Positions 8,300-15,975 of a stretch of DNA of 64,000 bases are shown here, one piece after another. A model generated the notes under the pieces. That model did not search any database and was not told the origin of the DNA. It worked only from the letters and a program-made list of their open reading frames with translations. Origin of the DNA: Patescibacteria group bacterium (GTDB lineage: Bacteria > Patescibacteriota > Microgenomatia > 0-14-0-10-38-17). The translations under genes and the position numbers were made by a program. The number at the start of each line of letters is the position of its first letter. The first letter of the stretch is position 1. The DNA is taken from positions 335,437 through 399,436 of the forward strand of contig JBMNNJ010000001.1 in NCBI GenBank assembly GCA_050953885.1, given 5' to 3'.

Positions 8300-9026
8300 A
8301 ATAAGTTAAGATACATATGCGACATTGATAGTTAGTGGATCACTACGCCAAGGCCTATCCCATCTTTAGTAGAATTAAAGGCTTAAAGGAGGTGAAAAAC
8401 ATGCTTTCAAGCCTAAGACAATTCTCTAAGAGTGAGGCAGCTCAACAAAGAATGAAGATTATTAAGTTCTACCAACAATACGGAGAAAAAGCAACTAAGA
8501 ATTAAACACTCACCTAAACCAAGGGGCTTTGGCGATATTGTTTCTGATACCGTAGAGAGAATCACCGATGGGATTAGGGACTATTTTATCTCTACTGTTG
8601 ATGCCAAGATGAAATTTGCCCTGACTCTTAATTACCAAAGACTAACCAGTAAGAAGATGAGAGATTTTTACTTTAGATTTAAAGATGTCTACCCGGGGAA
8701 AGTGGCTGTTTGACAATCAGATAATGGCGGTGAGAACTTAGGAGTCTTTGACCAACAATTAGCTAAGGATAAGATTCCCATTATTTCATCTCTCCCCGTT
8801 GTCCTAAGATTGATACCTTGGTGGAAAGATACCACCGCACTTCTCAAGAGGAGTTTATTAATCCCCACCTTGACACTATTCATGACAAAGGGGTCTTTCA
8901 AAGAAAACTATCTGATTATTTAATCTGGGACAACACGGAAAGACCCAATCATTCTTTAAACCTTAAGAGCCCCTTGGAATATTTCATTGAAAAAGGAGGC
9001 ATGTCGTAAAAGTACTTGGCTTAGAC
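8300..9026 (+). mobile_element. Decayed IS remnant, copy 2 (identical to 4966..5692, same orientation)
   Basis: Identity is exact over 727 bp. The identical predicted ORF pairs 5355..5567/8689..8901 and 5484..5675/8818..9009 confirm the 3334-bp offset. Confidence 0.8.
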
Positions 9027-9208
9027 ATAAGGTTGCCATTTTTAAAAAAATAAGTTAAAATAACTTTTATTATGAACAAAACTCATCAAAAAAACCAGCC
9101 GGTGCCGAAAAAAGATAAAAAAGAGGTCTTAGCAAAAGCGACTTTTTTCCGTCCCCAGCCGAAAAAAATTTTTCGGGTGGCCCAGCATCGCGTTTAACCA
9201 AACTTCCC

Positions 9209-10066
9209 ATGGCGCAAATAAATCTCAACAAACTTCCTGATAATAGTGCGGAAATCTTGGTCAAAGTCCCCTGGGAAGAAGTTGAAAAAGAATACCAAAA
9301 AGCCCTTGAGGAGCTTCAAAAAGAAGCCACTCTTCCCGGCTTTCGCAAGGGCAAGGCTCCCAAGGCTCAAGTGGAAAAATCAATTGGCAAAGAAAAAATT
9401 TATCAAGAAGTAATCGAGCAATTAATACCCCGCCTTTACCAAGAAGCGCTAACAAGCCAAAAAATTAACCCCATCATTAGCCCTAAGGTAGAGCTCATTG
9501 CGGCCCAAGAAGGAAAAGATTGGGAAATAAAATTTACCACGGCGGAAAAGCCAACGGTTAGCTTAGGAAATTACCAGGAGGAAATTAAAAAAATAAACAC
9601 CAAGGGAAAAATTTGGACACCAGAAAGCGAAGAGAAAAAAACCCCAGAAGAAAAAGAAAAGGAAGAAAGAGAAAAGCTTGACCAAATTATAGAAACAATT
9701 CTAAAAGCAAGCCAAGTAACCTTACCGGCTATTTTATTGGAAAACGATGTTAACCAGAAACTTGCCGGCTTAATCGAAAAAACCGAAAAGTTAGGCCTTA
9801 CTTTGGAGCAATACCTTGCTTCCCTTGGCAAAACCGCCGCCGAAATTCGCCGCGAATACGAGGAGGAAAGCCGTCGTAATTGGCAGTTAGAATTGGTTTT
9901 GGCAAAAATTGCCGACGAGGAAAAAATTACCGTTAGCGATGAGGAAATTAACCAATTTATCGCCAAAACGCCGCAAAGTGATCAAAAAGCCCTAGAACAA
10001 CAACGCTACTTAATCGCCGCCATGCTAAGACAACAAAAAACCCTCAATTTTTTAAAAAATCTTTAA
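9209..10066 (+). CDS. tig: Trigger factor (short form lacking the PPIase domain)
   Basis: The N-terminal ribosome-binding signature LPGFRKGKAP (GFRxGxxP) is followed by a C-terminal arm-domain-like region. At 285 aa there is no FKBP insert. Confidence 0.75.
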   Translation: MAQINLNKLPDNSAEILVKVPWEEVEKEYQKALEELQKEATLPGFRKGKAPKAQVEKSIGKEKIYQEVIEQLIPRLYQEALTSQKINPIISPKVELIAAQEGKDWEIKFTTAEKPTVSLGNYQEEIKKINTKGKIWTPESEEKKTPEEKEKEEREKLDQIIETILKASQVTLPAILLENDVNQKLAGLIEKTEKLGLTLEQYLASLGKTAAEIRREYEEESRRNWQLELVLAKIADEEKITVSDEEINQFIAKTPQSDQKALEQQRYLIAAMLRQQKTLNFLKNL

Positions 10067-10109
10067 AAAACTTGCAAAGCGCCAAAGCTTATAGTAGAAT
10101 AGCTATAAG

Positions 10110-10712
10110 ATGAAAAGCCAGGGCCAAAGCCAAAAAACAGCCAGCAGCGCTCTTGGTGAAGAGCTAAAAAGAACTCTAAGGGAAGAACTAACCCAAAATT
10201 TCCCCGCGGAAATTACCGCCCAAATTCAGGGAGAAAAACCTGCCTCCCAGGAAATTCTTCCCGGCCAAAGTGTTAATCTTACTGAAAAAGTTAACCAAGA
10301 ACAAAAACCTCCCTTTATCCCTTCTTTTTATCAGGAAAAATCGCCGTTTATTTTGAAAGAAAGCGCGACGGAAATAGAAACTAAAATTAGTATCCAAAGC
10401 TTGCGGCAAGAAATCCAAAAAGAAAGCCAGAGAGTAGAGGAGGCGGCGGTTAACTTAAGCCAAGAGCTGGCTTCAAGCGTGGCCGAGGAAAATCTTTTTC
10501 CTCACCAAGCTACCCAGGAACACCTTTCTTTTTTAGAAAACCTCTTAAAAACCTTGCGCGTTTTTCGGGAAAAAATCGAGGATAGCCAAGTTTGGCTAGC
10601 CGCCTCAAGTCAACGCCAAAGCCGACGCAATTTTTTCTGGGGACAGGTAAAAAAATCCGGCAGTAAATTTCTTCTTTCTTCCGATCGTACCCCCGCCACC
10701 CAGACAGGGTAA
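10110..10712 (+). CDS. Hypothetical protein (low-complexity, Gln/Glu/Ser-rich)
   Basis: A 200-aa ORF with no recognisable motif. Confidence 0.4.
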   Translation: MKSQGQSQKTASSALGEELKRTLREELTQNFPAEITAQIQGEKPASQEILPGQSVNLTEKVNQEQKPPFIPSFYQEKSPFILKESATEIETKISIQSLRQEIQKESQRVEEAAVNLSQELASSVAEENLFPHQATQEHLSFLENLLKTLRVFREKIEDSQVWLAASSQRQSRRNFFWGQVKKSGSKFLLSSDRTPATQTG

Positions 10713-10867
10713 ACTAAGACACACCGGATACAACAGGATTAAATACGGATTGAACAGGATTTTTATCCTGCTTTATCCTGTAAATATCATGTGTGATCCC
10801 GTGTGCTTCGCTGACAATTTAACAATATAGCAATGAAGTTTCTGTGTTAAAATAATAACTAAATCTT

Positions 10868-10941
10868 GGGCAGTTAGCTCAGTTGGCTAGAGCGCTCGCT
10901 TGACATGCGAAAGGTCACAGGTTCAAGTCCTGTACTGCCCA
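10868..10941 (+). tRNA. tRNA-Val (anticodon GAC)
   Basis: A hand-folded cloverleaf. The acceptor stem is GGGCAGT/ACTGCCC and the D arm is GCTC...GAGC. The anticodon stem CTCGC/GCGAA has one C-A mismatch around the loop TTGACAT. The T arm is ACAGG-TTCAAGT-CCTGT, the discriminator is A, and no CCA is encoded. Confidence 0.8.
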
Positions 10942-11459
10942 CAGCAGAAGAAGATATTAAAATATTAAGAGATATTAATGCATAATAAAAAAGTGCAAAG
11001 TGCAAATATCAGAGATTAAAACCTAAATCAAAGTGCAAAAACAAAAGAAAAACTTAAATGTTAAATCGCAAAACTCAAAACTACAACTCAAAACTCAAAG
11101 CTTAATCCGCCCACGGGCGGACAAAATCATGGGTGAAATATTTGGAATGCTTGAAACGTTTGAAGTGTAAGAACAGCAAACGATTCAAGCGTTTCAAGCA
11201 TCAAGTTTTAAAGCCGATCCTGTCCGCCAGCTGGCGGATTCATCAAGATGACGATTTTTTTATAACTGCCATTCTGACGAAAGTCAGAATCAAATAGCTA
11301 AAAGTTAAAAGTTAAAATTTAAAAGTCAAAAGTACAAGTTAAAATTAAAAAGTAAAGCAAAAAACTTTTAACTTTTGACTTGTAATTTTGACTTTTGACT
11401 TTTGAATTTTGAATTATTTTTTTCGTTTCCATTCGTGTTAATTCGTGTATTTTAATTCT

Positions 11460-13211
11460 ATGGTCAAATCTAAAAACGATCCTCTTTCAACAATGCGCCA
11501 TTCGGCGGCTCATGTTTTAGCGGCGGCGGTTTTAAAGCTATATCCCCAAACAAAACTTGGCATTGGTCCGGCCATTGAAAACGGCTTCTATTACGATTTC
11601 GAGTTTGAAAAACCTCTTTCAAAAGAAGATCTTCCCAAAATAGAGAAAGAAATGGCTAAAATCGTCAAAAGCAATTTTCCTTTTATTAAAAAAACCGCCT
11701 CTTTAGCCGAAGCCAAAAAATTATTTAAAAATCAACCCTATAAGCAAGAATTAATTAAAGATTTAGAGAGTAGGGGAAAGAAAGAAGTTTCTCTTTATCA
11801 AAGCGGTGATTTTATCGATCTTTGCGCCGGGCCTCATCTTCAGAGCACCGGCAAAATCGGTTCCTTTAAGCTTCTTTCTTTGGCAGGAGCCTATTGGCGA
11901 GGAAGCGAGAAAAACCCCATGCTCACTCGCATTTACGGAAGTGCTTTCCCAACTAAAAAAGAACTGGAAAACCATCTTGCCCAACTTGCCGCCGCCGAGG
12001 AAAGAGACCATCGCCTTTTGGGTAAAAAATTAGATCTTTTCTCCTTTCATCCCGACGCCGCCCCGGGCGATATTTTCTGGCATCCTAAGGGCTACTTTTT
12101 GATGAAAAAACTCATCGAGTTTTGGCGTCAAGAGCATGAAAAACAAGGCTATGGCGAGGTGCGCACCCCGGAAATTTTAAAAAACAAGGTGTGGCGGCAA
12201 AGCGGTCATCTAAAATCCTTTGCCGAAAAAATGTATCAGGTAAAAACTCCCGACATTAATTCCTGGGATGCCTGCGTTAAGCCGATGAATTGCGATGGGG
12301 GGATCATGATTTACCAAAGCAAGCTTCGCTCCTACCGCGACCTTCCCTTAAGATTAGGCGAAATTGGCGTTGTCCACCGTTTTGAAGCCTCGGGCGAACT
12401 TCACGGCATTATCCGCACCCGCGAATTCACCCAAGACGACGCTCATATTTTCTGCCGCCCCGATCAGGTAGAAGAAGAAATCGAAAAGGTGATTAATCTC
12501 TGCTTTTATTTTTATAAAACCTACGGGCTCAAGCTTGATCATTTGGAGCTTTCCACTCGACCAGAAAAGTCAATTGGTTCAGACGCTATTTGGGAAAAAG
12601 CAGAAAAAATTATGGGAAAAGTCTTGAAGGAAAGCGGGCGGCCCTACCAGATTAACCCCGGGGAAGGGGCTTTTTACGGACCTAAAATTGATTTTCATTT
12701 GCGCGATTCTTTGGGCCGCACTTGGCAATGTTCCACCATTCAGCTTGATTTTGCCCAGCCGGAAAACTTTAATCTTTCCTATATTGACGAAAAGGGGAAG
12801 AAAAAAAGGCCGGTGATGATCCACCGGGTTATTTATGGATCGCTGGAACGGTTTTTGGGGATCTTAATTGAAAGCTACGGCGGCGCTTTCCCGCTTTGGC
12901 TTTCCCCGGTTCAGGCTAAAATTATTCCCATCAGCAATAAAGAATTATCCTATAGTAGAAATGCCTTTGAAAAACTAAAAGAAAATAACCTCCGAGTGGA
13001 ATTAGACGACCGCTCCCAAACCGCCTCGGCCAAAATCCGCCAAGCCCAAGAAGAAAAAATTCCTTATATGATTATTATTGGTCAAAAAGAAGAAAAAAAC
13101 CAAACCATCAATATCAGAACCCGCGAGGGAAAAATTTTAGGAGAGAAAAAATTAGAGGATTTTATAAAAAAAGCAAAGAGAGAAGAAGCGGAGAAAAAAG
13201 ACAAGAATTAA
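11460..13211 (+). CDS. thrS: Threonyl-tRNA synthetase (short form without N-terminal TGS domain)
   Basis: MRHSAAHVLAAAV (editing/second domain), HRDHRLLGKKLDLF, FTQDDAHIFC and class II motifs, plus a C-terminal anticodon-binding domain. The ORF track starts at GTG 11445 inside the upstream repeat; ATG 11460 is more likely. Confidence 0.9.
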   Translation: MVKSKNDPLSTMRHSAAHVLAAAVLKLYPQTKLGIGPAIENGFYYDFEFEKPLSKEDLPKIEKEMAKIVKSNFPFIKKTASLAEAKKLFKNQPYKQELIKDLESRGKKEVSLYQSGDFIDLCAGPHLQSTGKIGSFKLLSLAGAYWRGSEKNPMLTRIYGSAFPTKKELENHLAQLAAAEERDHRLLGKKLDLFSFHPDAAPGDIFWHPKGYFLMKKLIEFWRQEHEKQGYGEVRTPEILKNKVWRQSGHLKSFAEKMYQVKTPDINSWDACVKPMNCDGGIMIYQSKLRSYRDLPLRLGEIGVVHRFEASGELHGIIRTREFTQDDAHIFCRPDQVEEEIEKVINLCFYFYKTYGLKLDHLELSTRPEKSIGSDAIWEKAEKIMGKVLKESGRPYQINPGEGAFYGPKIDFHLRDSLGRTWQCSTIQLDFAQPENFNLSYIDEKGKKKRPVMIHRVIYGSLERFLGILIESYGGAFPLWLSPVQAKIIPISNKELSYSRNAFEKLKENNLRVELDDRSQTASAKIRQAQEEKIPYMIIIGQKEEKNQTINIRTREGKILGEKKLEDFIKKAKREEAEKKDKN

Positions 13212-13409
13212 AGGGAATGAGAAACGAATAGATACGAAAAATAAACTCAAAATGCAAATGGCAAATGGCAAATGGCAAAACTACATGTCAAATGTTAAAA
13301 CTTTTTAAAGCTTAAAGTTATTTTTTAGATTTGATCCGCCAGTTGGCGGATTGAGTTGTCGTTTTAGTGCTGGTGCAGGGCCAGCTAGCGGAGAGGATCA
13401 TCCCCGTAG

Positions 13410-13467
13410 CCGTCATCCTGACGAAAGTCAGGATCTAACTGATTCTGAATCAAGTTCAGAATGACGC
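13410..13467. repeat. Paired hairpin modules GTCATCCTGAC-GAAA-GTCAGGATC and GATTCTGAA-TCAAG-TTCAGAATGAC
   Basis: The same two stem-loops, with minor variation, recur at 11262-11290, 14455-14530, 24097-24185, 29300-29370, 30129-30160, 32140-32235, 37940-38085 and 51585-51670. Confidence 0.7.
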
Positions 13468-13616
13468 TAATCGTGGCCGTTATTCTAACAATCCGTCAGC
13501 TGACGAATTCGTCAGAATAACAGTTACGGTCAGCCCGAAACAATGAAACAATAAACTTTCTCTTGCCAACTTTCCCTTCCTGTGCTAAACTTACTGCAGT
13601 TTGAACAAAAGCTAAC

Positions 13617-14126
13617 TTGAAACAGCCAAAATTTTATCGTCTTAATCAGTACATTAGCGCCCCAACATTGCGAGTTTTAAACGAACAGGGGAAACAAATC
13701 GGCATTTTAACCCGAGAAGAAGCCTTAAAAAAAGCCCAAGAGGAAAAACTTGACTTGGTGGAAATTGCTCCCCAAGCAAAGCCCCCGGTGGTAAAAATTA
13801 TCGACTTTAAAAAATTTAGATATTTAGAGGAGAAAAAAGAAAAAAAGGGCCAAAAGACGCAAAAAACAAAAGAGGTTAAAATGAGGCCTTTTATTGGCGA
13901 AAATGACTTTAATTTTCGCCTTAAACGCGCCCAGGAATGGCTCAAAGAGGGACAAAATGTGCGGGTAACGGTTAACTTTCGCGGTCGGGAGTTTACCCAA
14001 AAAGAGGCCGGTTTCGCCCTTTTGGAAAAATTTTCCCAAGGAGTTTCCTCATTTGGCCAGCCTAAAGATAAGCCCAAAATGATGGGACCAAACCTATTCA
14101 TTACGTTGGAACCATTAAAAAGATGA
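13617..14126 (+). CDS. infC: Translation initiation factor IF-3
   Basis: ISAPTLRVLNEQGKQIGILTREEALKKAQEEKLDLVEIAPQAKPPVVKIIDFKKFRY matches the IF-3 N- and C-domain consensus. The start is non-canonical (TTG), as is usual for infC. Confidence 0.88.
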   Translation: MKQPKFYRLNQYISAPTLRVLNEQGKQIGILTREEALKKAQEEKLDLVEIAPQAKPPVVKIIDFKKFRYLEEKKEKKGQKTQKTKEVKMRPFIGENDFNFRLKRAQEWLKEGQNVRVTVNFRGREFTQKEAGFALLEKFSQGVSSFGQPKDKPKMMGPNLFITLEPLKR

Positions 14127-14320
14127 AGCAAAAAAGAAAAACCAAAAAATCGTTGGCGAAAAGGTTTAAAGTTACCAAAAGCGGCAAGGTTTTGCATCGC
14201 TCTTCTTTTGGCCGCCATCTTAAAAGCGCGAAAAGCAAGGGTCAAAAAAGCCGTTACCGCAAACCAAAGGAGCTTACCGGTAAAATGGCCAAAAAAATTA
14301 AAAAAGTGGCGGGAAAATAA
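14123..14320 (+). CDS. rpmI: 50S ribosomal protein L35
   Basis: MKQKRKTKKSLAKRFKVTKSGKV... is a basic 65-aa protein, overlapping the infC stop as in the infC-rpmI-rplT operon. Confidence 0.85.
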   Translation: MKQKRKTKKSLAKRFKVTKSGKVLHRSSFGRHLKSAKSKGQKSRYRKPKELTGKMAKKIKKVAGK

Positions 14321-14578
14321 AAAAACTTGTATTAAGTAAAAATCAAAAGTCAAAAACAATAAATAAACTCAAATATTAAATCGCAATCCGCCAGCCCCGC
14401 ACCGTATGGTGCAGGACCAGCTGACGGATCAGGGCAAGCTCTAAACTTCACCAATGAAACGTCATCCTGAACTTGATTCAGGATCTGCTTTAAAATTAAA
14501 AAGCAGATCCTGACTTTCGTCAGGATGACAGTTTTAACAATTTAGCCATTTAACAGTTTAACAATTTAATCAACAACC
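14321..14578. repeat. Repeat-module insertion (palindrome plus two hairpin units) between rpmI and rplT
   Basis: It contains AATCCGCCAGC...GCTGACGGAT, GTCATCCTGAACTTGATTCAGGATC and GATCCTGACTTTCGTCAGGATGAC, the same modules seen in many other intergenic regions, followed by the TTAACAATTTA upstream word. Confidence 0.7.
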
Positions 14579-14954
14579 ATGCGCGTTAAAACCGGCACGG
14601 TTCGCCATGCCAAACACCAAAAAACCCTGAAAGCCACCCGCGGTTATCGGATGACCAAAAACCGCCTTTACAAAGCGGCCCATGAAGCCGAACTTCATGC
14701 TGGTCAATACGCTTACGTGGGTCGCAAAAATCGGAAAAGAGACTTTCGCCAGCTTTGGATCACCCGTCTTAACGCCGCCTCTAAAGCCGTATAACCTAAA
14801 ATATAATCAGTTCATCGCCCTCTTGGAAAAAAATAAAATTGACCTTAACCGCAAAATATTAGCCAATTTAGCCCTTGAGGATCCCCAAACCTTTGCGGTT
14901 ATTGTTAAAAAGATAACTTCAAAGCAACAAAATGTTAAGCAAGCTAAAAATTAA
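14579..14954 (+). CDS. rplT: 50S ribosomal protein L20, reading frame interrupted (+1 shift near 14789)
   Basis: Frame A (14579..14794) encodes MRVKTGTVRHAKHQK...AGQYAYVGRKNRKRDFRQLWITRLNAASKAV*. The conserved C-terminal half (...YNLKYNQFIALLEKNKIDLNRKILANLALEDPQTFAVIVKK) continues in the +1 frame (ORF 14682..14954). Skipping one nucleotide at ...AAA GCC (G) TAT AAC... restores a full L20. Confidence 0.75.
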
Positions 14955-15968
14955 AACTCTCAAAAGCAGGGCAGAAAAAGAAATCAAGCTTTGCCAAAAA
15001 AATGATGAGCTTGAAAAAATAAGAGTTAAATATTTAGGCAGAAAAGGGCTTTTAACCAGTTTGATTAAAGAACTGCCTTTGCTTCCTCCCCCTCAAAAAA
15101 AAGAGCTTGGTTCTCCTCTTAAACCAAAGCAAAAAAGAAATTGAAAACCTTCTTAAAAACCAGGAAAACAAAATTATTAAAGAAGGAAAGGAAGAGTGGC
15201 TTGATTTAACCCTGCCGGGGGAAATCCCTCCCCATGGCCATCTTCATCCCACCACCACTGCCATTTGGGAAATCAGCCAGCTTTTCTACCATCTGGGTTT
15301 TACTCTTGGTCTCTTACCCCGAAGTAGAATGGGAATATTTTGCCTTTGAAGCGCTTAATATGCCCAAAAATCACCCGGCCCGCGATGACTTTGAAACCTT
15401 TTTTATTGACGCTCCCGCCCATAAAAAATTTGGCAAAATAGTTTTAACCCCTCATACCTCTTCCGGACAAGTAAGAGAGATGAGGCGAGTAGGTCAACCA
15501 CCGGTAAGAATGATTAATATTGGTAAATGCTACCGGCCTAATTGGGACGCCACCCATTTACCAATGTTTCACCAATTTGAAGGGTTAGTGATTGATAAGG
15601 GTATCAACCTTTCCCACCTTAAGGGAATTTTCGATTATTTTGTTAAACATTTTTATGGCCCAAAGCGAGAAATCAGGCTGCGCCCTTTTCATTTCCAATT
15701 TACCGAACCCTCTTTCGAAGTTGATATCAACTGCGCTGTCTGCGGCGGCAAGGGCTGTCGCCTTTGCAAACAAGGCTGGCTGGAATTAGGCGGCTCGGGC
15801 ATGGTCCATCCCAGGGTGCTGGCCGCCGGGGGCATTGACCCCCAAATTTATTCCGGCTTTGCTTTTGGCTGGGGGATTGAACGCACCTTTATGATGAAAA
15901 GCGGCCTAAAACTTAACGACATCCGTCTTTTCTACCAAAATGACGGCCGATTCTTGGAACAATTTTGA
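14932..15968 (+). CDS. pheS: Phenylalanyl-tRNA synthetase alpha subunit, reading frame interrupted twice (+1 shifts near 15115 and 15296-15299)
   Basis: Three consecutive ORFs in frames 1, 2 and 0 (14932..15144, 15107..15349, 15234..15968) together align collinearly to PheS: IRVKYLGRKG...LPPP, then LDLTLPGEIPPHGHLHPTTTAIWEI...GFTL, then ...EALNMPKNHPARDDFETFFID...FHQFEGL...FAFGWGIERTFMM. Both junctions fall at CTT codons (CCT CTT|A AAC; ACT CTT|G GTC). Confidence 0.75.
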
Positions 15969-15975
15969 GACACAA

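Noticed and set aside
11100-11220. A long hairpin (ATGCTTGAAACG...CGTTTCAAGCAT) upstream of thrS, as a possible T-box or other ncRNA.
   Set aside because: It has no T-box specifier or antiterminator features; ThrRS T-boxes have conserved AGGGUGG/T-box sequence. It looks like another member of the intergenic hairpin repeat repertoire.
13646-14359. A 237-aa ORF on the minus strand antisense to infC-rpmI, and similar antisense ORFs (19394..19771, 28103..28531, 36926..37231, 42454..42912, 46269..46631, 48908..49249).
   Set aside because: They lie entirely inside well-supported genes on the other strand, have low-complexity composition and no motifs. They are shadow ORFs.
14579-15349. Calling rplT and pheS pseudogenes.
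   Set aside because: Both are essential single-copy genes and are otherwise intact. Each frame break is a single-nucleotide +1 event. Sequencing error or tolerated slippage is more plausible than gene decay.
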